From Epiperipatus broadwayi (Eukaryota; Animalia; Onychophora), in the NCBI GenBank assembly GCA_028023455.1, contig JAQFVV010000003.1, positions 26,970,001 to 27,034,000 of the forward strand: a DNA stretch of 64,000 bases, read 5' to 3'. Shown piece after piece: positions 24,430 through 36,565 of this stretch. The notes beneath the pieces are model-generated. The model ran no database searches. It was not told the origin of the DNA and was given only the letters and a program-made list of their open reading frames with translations. The translations under genes were made by a program, and so were the position numbers. How positions within the stretch are numbered: position 1 is the stretch's first letter; the number at the start of each line of letters is the position of its first letter.

Positions 24430-27400
24430 ACAATAGATTTTGTTGAAAAATTGTTACATGAGCAATCCATGCTTGAAAGTCAATTGATGTAAAAAAAGAA
24501 AAATTTTTGTTTAGAGTATTATTGCAAGAGTTCTTGGAAAATTTGGGTTTCTGTCTCCAGATGTGGAATTCAGGTTTGAATTTTACATATGGTTCCTAAG
24601 ATAACATACAATCAATATTGTTCACTATTGTCTGAGTTAGGGCTGATGTACAATGTCTGGTTGATTGTCAGTCACTGAAAATTGGTTGCAGCTTGAAAAT
24701 TGGAAAGTATGTTGTGTGAAATGATAAACCAGGTATTGGCAAATAGGTTAATGGAGCCGGAATGATAAAACCTTGTGTTGGAATGGAGAGTGCTAATTGT
24801 GATTTTTTTTATAAATTGAAAGATTGCCTTGTAAGTGACCAGGTGGCTGTAAAAATGTCTGGTAGTGCTATACTTGAATTTCCTGTTTTCAACAAGTGAA
24901 GGGCCATCTGCTATTATTGCAGAGGTGAAAGTGCAATGGGTGCACCAAAATGCAAATATGATGAAGTGGCTGTGCATGTGTAGAACTTTTGATATGATTG
25001 GATAATTTGTTGGATGGAGCCATCATTTTGATATGTGTTTGAGATGATCTGGCATATGTGATTGAGCACTTGACAATTATTAAAAATGTGTTGCTGTGTC
25101 TCTTCTATCACATAACATAGAGAGCAAATGGATCAATCCTTTGGTATAGGTGACAGTAGACAGAAAGCAAGATGTAGGCAGGCATGGAAAGGAAGCAGGA
25201 TGTTGAAGAATTTTGGTTCCAGGAGCCATTTTTTTGAATTGACATAGGAGCATTGGGGGGGGGAGGTAGGTGATCAGTGTTAGCATTTATATGTAGAATA
25301 CAGTATATAGGCCAGTATATGTATTTGATATTACTAGAGAAGTCATTTGATGAGCATCATTTTGAAATGGAGTGGATAAGACTTAGAAGGTATAAAGTTG
25401 AGGGAGGGGTCTGTTCATGGGTTACAGTGAGCATATGCTGGAATACTGGAATGCATTGTGTAATTGATGTAATAAGGTTGGAAGCCTTTTGAATATAAAA
25501 TACTTGGGATGTTGTAAAGACACAGATCATTATGGATTGATGGAATATGGTCTTCCTGCCCCACAGTAGATTATTGCAAAGAGAGTTAATAATGGCGATG
25601 AATGATTTGGAGAATTTGATTTGGAGAATTTTATAGGGGAATAGTATGTAATCTTAGTAATTATGAGCAAGTTGAGCTGAACTTTGGAATAAAGAGAAAG
25701 ATAAGCTTTAGAGAGAGAATTAGTAATGCATGTAGTGGAATCAAGCTTATTTTGTATTGTAATTCTTATTATGGCAAGTGGACCAATGCAGATTGGGAAA
25801 CCCAGGAAGGGACTAGGCTTGTTCTGGAATATTTGAGTGCAGGGTTTTCTAATGTAGATGAACAACATGGCATATTCAAATTGAGTTTATAGACCAAGAG
25901 GTATTCATTAAATATATTTTAAAGTATTGGGAGTTGTTTTCAAGATCTTAGGAAAACAGTGATTTCATCCATGTATGCAATATACTGGATGTGTTGTTTG
26001 GTTTGTAAAATTTGGATGCCAGTAATGTTTTGTTGTATTTGTATTAAAAGTGGATTAATGTATAAAATGAAAAACAGTGAACTAAGCAGCAATCCTGAGT
26101 AGTTTTTCCCATGTATCTCTCTATTGAGCAGAAGGTTGGTAATTAGATATAGAAGAGTAGGGGGGTATTGGTAAGAATATCAATTAGAAGGTTAATAGGG
26201 ATTTAATCAACTGCTGCTTGGATGTCAAGCTGGACTGCAATGAGAGCATATCTCTTGCATTTCTAGACTGGACTCATAACTTCTCTAAATATTAATGCAG
26301 CCTTTGCAGTGTATGAACAGGTCTTAGCAAACTGGATGTCCAAGATTAAGGGAAGTATGTGTGGTTCTATTTGATCTTTAATTACTCCAGTATTTTAATT
26401 CCTAGTGGGCCCAAATTGGTTGGAGGTTGAGTGAAAATGTGGTATGGTTTTTTAATGAATGCTATACACACATTTAATGTCATATATCCTTTGACTCAAG
26501 TAATTAGCCACATTTCAAAGATATAGAGTAGTGAAGTGGCTAAGATGAGTAAAAACAAGGATAGGTATTTCATTGGCTCCAGAATGACAAGAGTTGTGAA
26601 TTGTGGCAAGTTTGGTGGCAAATTGTGTAGTCTAAAATCATGTGTCAGTTTCTGGTAATCCAAAACAGACATGATGGTGGCTTAAAGATATTGTCTGCTT
26701 GTAACTTCTGCTGTTCAAACTTACACATGTACCATTTTTTGTCTGCAGTTCCATGGGTATTTTTTAAGGAGAAGGGGTGACCAAAGCCCCACATTATGTA
26801 TCCCTTGGTCTACATTTGTTGCTTATTGAGGCAAATTTTTCTTATCTTGCTGGCAAGGTACTCTTTTAGCTGATTACAGGTGAGGTGATAGGCTTGGTTG
26901 ATCTTATATGTGGGGTGACATGTGTTGAGTGGCATTAACTATGACAATGTGTGCATGCAACTAATTGGCCAGTGCTATGAGATAAGAAGGGGGGTGACAT
27001 GTTAAATGTTAAAGGATAAAATCTTAATGAGAGCTACATATTTTTAAACTGGATCTAGAGTTATTTGTTCTAGCTTGCACAGTATAATGTAAGTTTTGGA
27101 AAACAAAAACTCAGTGGTTAATGAAAGGAGAAGAATCTGGGTGGTTTTATTATGATGAATTGCAGTATTGCATAAGACATTGAAGTTGAGAGTGAAAGTT
27201 TGTGTGGAGTGATCTAATGGAGTGGGATTCAGTTTGAACTCAATCAGGTGATAGAGATCTATGAGTGTAGCATATTGCTGGTTATGAAATGTTACTGAAT
27301 CAGATATTAAAAAGACCTGCACACTCATAAGTGGGAAGGCTATGGGGTGAAACCACTTGGAAGATGAAGACAATATTTAATACTATGATACAGTGGTGAA

Positions 27401-27696
27401 ATGTAATTGATTAAGATGTGCAAATCAATAGAAAAGATTTTGAATGTTAGGAATGGGCATAGTGAGTTGATAATAAGCCCTGTGCCTGCTGATGGTGATG
27501 AAATATCTCTAGAGCAGGTGCAAAAGCCTTATCTATTAAGGAAAGCAGCAGCATCAATTTTAGACTCTCTATATATTTTAGTTTCAAGTAGTTAGAGCAT
27601 ATGAGGCTGTATACTAGTTAACCATTTCTTTAACTGGAATAGTTTTGATGATGAGTTAAGCATTCAAACATTAAGTACTACTATTTTCAGTATCAT
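24430..27696 (-). mobile_element. Decayed L1/Tx1-clade LINE, near full-length ORF2
   Basis: Motifs across frames in the expected order: MILKIVVLNV*MLNSSSK...LLETK (APE start), PLDHS (SDH-like), QLDIQAAVD (RT), LLLSSLFFILYINPLL...IAYMDEITVF (YADD region), FLGFPI, and EETQQHIFNNC (C-terminal Cys/His). Many stops and frameshifts. Confidence 0.85.
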
Positions 27697-29494
27697 ACTG
27701 GTTTGGTGAAAGAGTTGTAATGTTATAATCTATTGAATCATGGGCTAGATGCTAATAGGATGTTTCATGAGGAACATTAAGAATATAAAATTATAGATAT
27801 AGTTATTTATAAAGTCAATTGATCTATCTAATAATTAAGTCTAAGTGATCTTGTATTATAAAATATACATATATAAATGATATGGTTATTCATTGCTATT
27901 AGATTAGACCTTTGTCATTGTCTCAGATGTTAATGCATTAATAACTAGGTATCATGAAAGATGTTTGTGGAAAAAGTTTTCTGTCTCTTTTTCTAATACC
28001 TTCCAGCTTAATCCAAAAGTTACTAGGATGCCTTCTAGGATTGTAATTATAAACAAAAATGCATATAATACATCATATTGCATGTAAGATGAATGTGCTA
28101 GCTCTAATTCCTGAAAAAATATCATTGCGTAAGTTTTTAAAAGGTATGCAAAAGTAATTTAAGAATTGATAAAAAGATTGGCAAAGGTGGTGTGTATATT
28201 ATCAAAACATATATGCAATCATAAAAAATATGCTCTTGATTTTCAAAATCTCCTTAACAAAGGGGAAAAAAGACATCAATATTTACATAAATTTCTTCTG
28301 TATTCATAATAAAAAAAATCAACAACAATATTGGAAGTGATTCCAAAGCTTAATTAGAAAGTAAAAACATTTGGGCTCAAGCTTCCAGAATCTAAATCTT
28401 CTAATGAGTTTTCGATTATTTAAGCCCAGTATGATAAGGTTATTTAATGTTGGTTGACTCGTTTATTGATATATATATATACCATTATTTATATTTATTT
28501 GCTGGTAGGGAAAATGATAGATAGTGTATGTTCAATATAGATTTTACTAGATTAGTCCAATAACCAGTATTGGAGAGTGGTCAGTTTGTTGGTATAATTT
28601 TTAGTGTAGTGACAATGTGTACAAAAAGGTTAGCTAGTGAGTTAATCAAATTAAATGCTTCTGAATTACTATTATTGTTAGTGTTATTTTTATTCCGTTA
28701 TTATTTAACAATAGATATCCTGAAATAATATAATTTCAAACAGCACAGCGACCTCAAAATATACATTTAATCTCTTCATGTTAAAAGAGAAAATATTCCA
28801 ATAGGTAATATAATTCTTGTAATAGTTTAACATTCTCTATTAGAAAAAAGTAAATTGCAAATAGAAAATTATTATATATATATATAAAGTAAATCTCTTT
28901 ATTACATGGTTGTAATCTTTTCGTAAAGCTGTGAAAGCAATTGTCTACCAGAAGATAGTTCGAATGTATTTGACTAATAGTTTTTGGTATTTCTTAAAAG
29001 CATAGTTTTACACATCTAGTAGTCAGATTTTCAAATTTTGAACTCAATCCAAGTATTTTACGCTAATTTGATGGCGAGGTCCAAAAATATTTTAGTGACA
29101 TCAATCACAATTATAAACTTTTTTAATTTTTGCAAAAAGACATTATCTATCAAAAATAAATATCATATAACTTTTTTATTTTACATTTAATCTATATTAG
29201 ACAAATTGATTATAGATTGGGAAAATATCATTTTTGCTATCTGCATAGGTAAAACGGCCTTTGAATGACACACTTCAGAAGAAAAGTCTCTCTAACTGCC
29301 CTTTAAAGAACAAATAAAGAGAAGGTGTTTCTCGTTAGGCTTTTCAAATAAAAGGTAGTGAATGTTTAGCCATTTTTCTATTCTTTTTATAATATTTAGT
29401 TAAAAATAGCTAGACACCCATTTACTGAAGAATGTTGAATGGTTATTTAGATTGGTTATGGATTGGATAGCTGAAAAAAAATCTTTGATGAGTT

Positions 29495-29560
29495 TTTATG
29501 AGCCTGGATTTGAATCCAGATCAAAAGCATGAAAGGTATAAGTGCTACCACTTGATCATT
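29495..29560 (-). mobile_element. Degenerate tRNA-like SINE head
   Basis: TGATCAAGTGGTAG...GGATTCAAATCC with A/B-box spacing on the minus strand. Confidence 0.4.
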
Positions 29561-29674
29561 AAATCCTTTCTTTTGGTACCTAGCACAGATTAAATGTAAT
29601 TTAAAGAAATTATGTAATGTAATATTATGTATACAAAAAAGACATAATTCTAAATTTAAAATAATTCAGCATCA

Positions 29675-29680
29675 TTTATT
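29675..29680 (-). terminator. Putative AATAAA polyadenylation signal for exon A
   Basis: AATAAA on the minus strand, 33 nt after the exon A stop codon. Confidence 0.55.
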
Positions 29681-29713
29681 TTAAGTACTAAGTACAAGTG
29701 TTTTAAAAAGTTA

Positions 29714-29877
29714 TTAGGGCCGTTGTGATATAAATATAGAACCATGCACCATATCTCTGTTTGGAAGATTCTTTAGTTCATCTAACCATCTATTTTCTTT
29801 AATACTGTAACATTCCACACTACGTAAGGTATGCTCTCCTTCATAGTTGGTACCTCCTATGACGTAAATGTGATTAT
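29714..29877 (-). CDS. Terminal coding exon A (proximal) of the kelch gene
   Basis: Acceptor taatttcag|AT matches phase 1. 164 nt encoding DNHIYVIGGTNYEGEHTLRSVECYSIKENRWLDELKNLPNRDMVHGSIFISQRP* and completing the last kelch blade. Confidence 0.9.
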
Positions 29878-30225
29878 CTGAAATTATTTATTTACTTTAA
29901 AATCATCTTTAGAATAATTGATCAGATTGTGAATTAGTGATAAATTAAAACAGACACCAAATATCTCTTTGACAAAGGCTATTTTATTAAATTGTTTAAT
30001 CCTATGGTTCATTGATAAAAGAATCTTAGAATTCACACACCCATTTTTGTTAAGTTAGCACAATAAATACATAGAATGGATATTAACAAAATACTGGCAA
30101 AGTTATTATCCATACAAATGATACTAATTCAAAAACTACATTATTTAGACAAAATTGCAAGGTATTGTTTTGATTTATTGTTTTAATTATTGCTATATAA
30201 ATATTTGGTGCTTCTATAAATAAAA

Positions 30226-30351
30226 GTTGTATTCTATATTTTAAAACATATTGCTATTAATAAAATAGTTGTATTCTATATTTTAAAACATATTGCTATT
30301 AATAAAATAGTTGTATTCTATATTTTAAAACATATTGCTATTAATAAAATA
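30226..30351 (+). repeat. 42-bp tandem repeat, 3 copies
   Basis: Unit GTTGTATTCTATATTTTAAAACATATTGCTATTAATAAAATA, identical copies. Confidence 0.95.
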
Positions 30352-30572
30352 AATTTATACAATTAATAAAGTGAATATTTATTTAAATTTACAGCAAAGT
30401 TTGGGTATTTATTGTTGTAAAGCAAAAAATTTAAAAATCCAACAAAAAATAGAACTAGGAATGTTGAATTAATGGTAATCCACTGTATATATATGCAATT
30501 CTTTATAAATACTTAAAACAATGAAGAAGGAAAACATACCTTAATGACACCCAAACAATCAATAGAAAAGAC

Positions 30573-31982
30573 GGTAAAACTGCAGTTTACAGGTCACAAT
30601 AAAATTCGAATTTTGTTTCACATTTTTCTCACCAGAGTGTTTCTTGTCGAATATTTAAATAAGAAAATAATTAAAATAATAACAATATATCCTACCAACA
30701 TTCGTAATTACTGTCCAAGTTTTTCTCACCACAGTGTTTCTTGTCGAATTAGTGTGGAATTGTTACATTGTCTTGGCGCCATTTTACAAGTTTTCCAAAG
30801 TTGTAACACGTGTTTTTCGGAGTGTTTTTTAATTTCCAGCATAATTCATAAAATGAATCCTTTAAATGGTAATGTAGTTGTAGTACCAGAAAATGAACTG
30901 TTACATGCTGCAGATATTCGCATAGAAAATTGGACATTGTTTCTGTTGGCGAATGAGCTTCGAACTCCGGAGTTAGCAATGAAGTTGTTAGCAAGGAGGC
31001 GCCTGCTTAAAAATAATACTCTATTCCAGCATTGTGGCATGCAGTGTTCTCTCATCAAACAGCAAGAATGTGGAGATGGTCACAGATGGCAATGCAGATT
31101 ATGTCGCCATCGTGTATCTATCAGAAAGGGTTCTTTTTTTTTTAGAAGCCATTTATCCTTCAAGACAATTATGCTTGTAGTATATTATTGGGCACATAAT
31201 TTGCCACAGTGTTTTCTTGTTCACGAGCTAAGTGTAAGTTGGCACACTATAGTAGACTGGGCAAATTTTGGCCACGAAGAGTGCACAATGTATTTTCACA
31301 GATATCCAATGCAGGTCAGTGGATTTGATGATAATGGAGTGCCTAAAATTGTAGAAGCTGATGAAACGAAATATTTTCATCGAAAATATCACAGAGGAGC
31401 AATTCGAGAAGGTCATTGGGTCTTTGGTGGAATAGAGAGAAATTCAGGAAAGTGTTTCTTGGTAGAGGTCCTTAACCGATGAGCTGCGACTCTCGAAGCA
31501 AAAATACAAAAATATATTTTACCAGGGACCCACATCATTACGGACAGATGGGATGCATACAACAACTTAAGCACAATTCGTAATGGTATATATATATATG
31601 CACTCTGTCGTCATACACCAGGAGAACTTTGTAGATCCTCATGACTCTGATATCCACACACAAAATGTGGAAAATATGTGGATGAGAGCTAAACGCTAGC
31701 TGAAACATCAGTGCGGGACCAACAGTACTTTATTTGAATCATATCTGCAGGAATTTGCTTTTAGGACTCTCTACACGACTGATGCAGTCTTTGCTAATTT
31801 TATCACTATTGTAAGCGAAAACTACAATGGACAGTAATTACGAATGTTGATAGGATATATTGTTATTATTTTAATTATTTTTAATTATTTTCTTATTTAA
31901 ATATTCGACAAGAAACGTTCTGGTGAGAAAAATGTGAAACAGAATTCGAAATTTATTGTGACCTGTAAACTGCAGTTTTACC
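30573..31982 (+). mobile_element. Merlin DNA transposon (IS1595/ISXO2-like DDE), 1410 bp
   Basis: TIRs at 30573-30717 and 31828-31982 starting GGTAAAACTGCAGTTTACAGG; perfect 8-bp TSD GAAAAGAC at 30565-30572 and 31983-31990; transposase inside. Confidence 0.95.
30853..31837 (+). pseudogene. Merlin transposase pseudogene
   Basis: MNPLNG start, CxxC...IRKGSFF segment, and catalytic motifs VEADETKY (D), IITDRW (D) and TQNVENMW (E). Broken by TGA at 31480-31482, an apparent +4 (TA) expansion near 31588-31599, and TAG at 31697-31699. Confidence 0.92.
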
Positions 31983-32053
31983 GAAAAGACACCTGTTTTG
32001 CCATTTCAAAAAGATGGATAAACTACTCCCCCTCATCACTATCAACTGCACAC

Positions 32054-32095
32054 AGCTATGATTATGAAGCCATAGAGCTTTGAAAGCACTAAGCT
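32054..32095 (+). ncRNA. Minimal hammerhead-like motif, A3-U8 variant
   Basis: AGCT ATGATTA T GAAGC CATAGA GCTTT GAAA GCACT A AGCT. Confidence 0.7.
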
Positions 32096-32384
32096 TTAAA
32101 TAAATTTAATAATATATATAACTTCTTTAACGAGCGTTATAAGCGCATAATTATTGATATTTTATAATAACATGATTTCATATTATTAACAATAATATAA
32201 CTGGCACAAATAACATGAAAGTATAGATGTTGAGCGAAAACCAAGTTAGATAATCATTGATTATTAAGTTGAAGCTAGATTTTTAAATTTTATTTTGAAA
32301 ATACAATTCCAATGCTATTATAAATTTTAACTAATTCATCAACACTAAAATTCGCTAACAAATATGGACAATTTATCTTCTTGG

Positions 32385-32484
32385 AAGGTAGAGAGGGACA
32401 TTGATAAATAAAACAAATATCACGTTGATTCTTTAAGGTAGAGAGGGACATTGATAAATAAAACAAATATCACGTTGATTCTTT
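32385..32484 (+). repeat. 50-bp tandem duplication
   Basis: AAGGTAGAGAGGGACATTGATAAATAAAACAAATATCACGTTGATTCTTT twice. Confidence 0.95.
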
Positions 32485-33037
32485 AGTTTTTTAAAAATAT
32501 GATGCTATCTTTTTTCTACAGCAAATTTTACTTTTTACACTTGCCTAATTATAGTTTTATAATCTGCTTCAGCTCTTTCCAATAAACGCAATCATTGTTG
32601 TATTTTATTAGAATGTCTTTTTTAGATAATCTTTATACTGTAAACAGAGTCTAAAAAATCCCATTGCTATAAAATACTTTTTTGTAAATTAGAATTATTA
32701 TGCATTTACTTTATATTAATAAAAATGTGATTTTATATCAGACTTTATAGTATTATATCTATTAAATTGAAGAACATACTTATCTTATGATTTTACCATC
32801 CTATTTTTATAATTGTATAGAGCATCCTTAAATAAAAAAATTGTAACATCTAAATGATGTCAATAAGTAGTCCAAGTCTCATTTCCATACATTAATTTGA
32901 ATAAAATAATAGCTCTATTTAACTGCATTAGTTACACCATCATAATAAATACAGTAGCTAAAAATAAGTTTGTACATCACGTGTTTAATTTAAAAAGCTT
33001 GTAATTATAAACCTAAATAAAGAGTGTACAAATAGAT

Positions 33038-33684
33038 CTAACAAGCTTTAAAAATCTCTATCTAGAAATTATCCCCATCTTCAGACTGTTTTCATGCTAT
33101 TGGAAATCTTCAGTGAAGCGCTAGGACATTTCAAATACCAGATTCAAAATACCAACTCAGAGCCAACACTTATCTGATACTTATTTTTTAAGTAGCCAAT
33201 CTGAAATTTTCAGACACCTATATATCTTCAATAACAGCTATCCAACTTAAATAGCTACATGGGACTGAGAAATTCTTCAGTCATATCATATATTAATAAT
33301 CTTAGAAATATAACACCACCTAAGATTTAAAAACAAAAACTATTTTAGTAGCTAAAAATAAGTCATACATCATGTGACTTAATTAAATAAGCTTAAGTCT
33401 TAAGTGATGTTATATTGCTAAGATTATTAATATATGGTATGACTAAAAAATCATCAGCCCCATATAGCTATTTAATTTGGATAACTGGGTTTGAAGACAT
33501 ATAAGTGTCTGAACATTTTAGATTGTCTATTTAAAAGTTAACTATCAGATAAGTGCATTTTTTGAGATGGCATTTTGGATCAGGTGTCTGGAATATCCTA
33601 GAACCTCATTGAGGATTGCAAATAGCATGAAACTGGTCTGACGATAGGGATAATTTCTAGATAGAAAGTTTGAAAGCTTGGTAG
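33038..33684. repeat. Foldback pair carrying hammerhead family C
   Basis: About 33040-33305 is the diverged reverse complement of about 33418-33684; hammerhead-like motifs at 33079-33118 (-) and 33604-33643 (+). Confidence 0.85.
33079..33118 (-). ncRNA. Decayed minimal hammerhead, canonical core (family C)
   Basis: CTTCA CTGAAGA TTTCCAATAGCAT GAAA ACAGT C TGAAG with a perfect 5-bp stem I and GUC triplet; partner at 33604-33643. Confidence 0.7.
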
Positions 33685-36029
33685 AGCTATTGCATCCTAT
33701 TTATTTAATTTTATAATAAATACAATGTCTTTTAATTTGATAAAAGCAGCAGCATCACATTGGAATTTACATTGCCTCTCAATGTCTATGTCCATCTTTC
33801 AGCTTGAAAAAAAAAGCTTGATCCAAGTCTTGGATTCATAACTACCCATAAACTTGACCCCCCTATCATGACTGATTCAGAGAAGTTTTTCTCATTAATT
33901 ATTAAACCAATGTCTTTATATATTGCATTCAAAACATTAAGTACATTCTGTAGATAATTTTTGAATTGACAAAGATATCACAATCATCAGCACACTGCAA
34001 ATCTGGAAACCAAGAAGATGAAATTATTGTTTTTGCTTTTGTTTCAAAGTAAAAATTCCACTATTAAATCTGTATCTTAATTACTGAATTCATAAAGAAT
34101 TTAAAAGATTACTAATATAAAAATAAAAAAATGGATCTGCAACACTCTTGTGTTTAATACAATGTTTATTTCAAATACCTCTAACTTTCTGTCACTTGTA
34201 TTACTACTTTCTCTTTTACCATTGTGTAGTAGTTATATAATATGAACTTTAATAAACTACTAATTTCAGGCATGCCACAGATCCGTTTGATTGCTACAGG
34301 TGTTTTGATATAATCAGCAAAACAATATATTTAGCATTTGTCTGGCTTCAAAAAGGATGTCTCTAATGCTTTTTAAGGCAACTTATTGAATAAAATTATT
34401 GAATATAATTTTCTGTCATGAATTATAATGATATTTTATAATAATCACTGACATTTATTGGATTCTATTTATTCTTATAAATTGGATGAATAAAGCATTT
34501 ATAAGATCAGATGATACAACTTCATAGGTCCACACATTCCTAAAAAAAAATTAATAATCTTGAAATATATCATCATCTAATTAGAAATTTCACTTAAAAT
34601 TGCAGCCTTTTTATTTTAAAAATTATAAAAAACTGTTTTCATTGCACTAATCTAGATATCTTTGTCCAAATCTAAATGAGCATATAGGATGGAAATTTTC
34701 TTAAAAACTGCTATTCTATTTTATCTATCATTATTCAAAAGAGGTTAAATATACTCTCCAACTATTAAAACTATCAACATTATATAAAAAAATATTGGTT
34801 ATGGATGTAATTATATTAAAATATTTTCTAGCCTATATGCAATTTTCAATGGAACAAAAAACATGTAAAATGACTACAATTAGAGAATATATGCAGTTCC
34901 TTTACAATCTTAATCTATCAAATATTTTGAAGCCTTCTTACCAATTGTTGTACTTGTACCTTTAAATCTCTCTACTAATAATAAAACTTTAGACTAACTT
35001 TATTGTTTTGCCAAGGAGAAAGTTCCACTTGTGGACTTTTGTTATTAGTAAATCCAAAAAGACATTTACTTGTATCCATAGCACATATTTTAAGAAAATT
35101 CCACGCTTAGAAACATGAGTGTTCTGAAAGTCAAATTAACGATTTTAATGATAAATAGTTGTTGACATTCAACACAGACTGTAGATGTTTCTAATGAGCA
35201 AATATCAAATTTGTTATAAATGTGATTTATTTTTTAAAGCAACTACCATTTTAATTTTACTGTGAATATTCTATTGTGACTCCTCGTTTATTATTAGAGA
35301 AAAACATCTTTAAATTTCGATACATATTCATACATACACATTCTTTACGAGCTTTTATATATATGCACTAAAATAAAATAAAAAATCATAGATAATAAAA
35401 TTCTAAGCATAAAATATGACTTTGTATTTCACTTGCATTAAATGTTAAAAATTACTAATTTAAATAGATGAAAATAGATATCTCATAATTCGACAATAAA
35501 TTTGACAATAATATTCTTAATTATATATCTTAATAAAACATTGTTTAAATACAGATGACAGAACCTATCAATACTTAAAATACCAAGGTCATATAATATT
35601 CATGTAGGTAAATCTGCAAAGTTTATCTTATTTTAAAATGCAAAATCTTTAGCATCTTATTTTTTGGTGTATCAATTCACACTGAGTTACATAAGATATA
35701 TATAAAGCAGAAGTAATTAATAAAGATTAATAAACGGCCGTACTTATTATTTATTTCTAATATGATAAAAAAAATCAAGTCAGATGTCACATGACTTAAT
35801 TTAATAAAGTTTACTCTATATATAATACTTATTTCTAATTATATATGTGTGTGTGTAAGTTATACTTATATTTCTAGCATTATACTATATTCTTTATCAT
35901 AGAAGCTGCCTGATTGCATTAATACTCATTTGCTATCTGATTCTGATTGTCTTAGCCAAGCACTCCCTTCATATTTACTAACTTAATCTATAATGATTTA
36001 ATAACACCCATCACCCAATTTTTATTTCC

Positions 36030-36565
36030 TACTTAATATTTAATTATAGGGGGTTGAACACAAACTTTCAAGCTCCCTTCAGCTATACACTCTATCTCAT
36101 AACAACTGAAAAACAATGATCATACAAATGTGAAAAACATAAATGATCTCCAATATATGTATTTCATGCTGAACCATCATCTCCCACACACATATATAAG
36201 CAGTGCTCGGGTTATATTAAGATAGCAAATCTTTAAACTTTAATGAACAGGCTTCAATCTACTCCACCTTCCAGTCATCAGTTGGAGGGTGGAGTAAATT
36301 AAAGCCTGTTCATTAAAGTTTGAACATTTGCTATCTTAAAATAAACCAAGCGCTGATTATAGATGTATTTTTTTTTATCTATATTGGAGATTGATGATCT
36401 GGATCAACTGATGAGTGCTCGTTCAGCATGAAATATGTACATTGGAGATCATTTATCTTTTTCATAAGTGTGTGGGCATTTGTGGTAGTTGGATGAGAAA
36501 GAGTGGATAGCTAAGGGAGTTTGAAAATTTGTTTATATTCCCTATAATTACATCTAAACTTTAAG
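36030..36565. repeat. Foldback pair carrying hammerhead family A
   Basis: Arms meet near 36280. Motif at 36404-36445 (+) and a partial copy at 36150-36175 (-). Confidence 0.85.
36404..36445 (+). ncRNA. Decayed minimal hammerhead, canonical core (family A)
   Basis: TCAA CTGATGA GTGCT CGTTC AGCAT GAAA TATGTAC A TTGG; sisters at 39716-39757 (-), 40298-40337 (+) and 57317-57358 (+). Confidence 0.75.

Larger units (their letters stand above)
30513..32160 (+). mobile_element. Penelope-like 3' fragment interrupted by the Merlin element
   Basis: Removing Merlin and one TSD restores TINRKD|TCFAISKRW; hammerhead-like motif at 32054-32095. Confidence 0.8.

Noticed and set aside
24261-24446. Tyr/His-rich 61-aa ORF
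   Set aside because: It is the translation of a (TAT/TAC)n microsatellite tail.
28000-28110. Open 111-nt minus-strand exon candidate (ELELAHSSY...GLSWK)
   Set aside because: Its phase is incompatible with the kelch gene, it lies beyond terminal exon A, and no partner exons or homology were recognised.
30226-30351. Tandem array considered as CRISPR-like
   Set aside because: The units are identical with no unique spacers, and the context is eukaryotic.
30544-30852. N-terminal 103 aa of the 312-aa ORF
   Set aside because: It reads through the Penelope flank, TSD and left TIR. The transposase more plausibly starts at the ATG at 30853.
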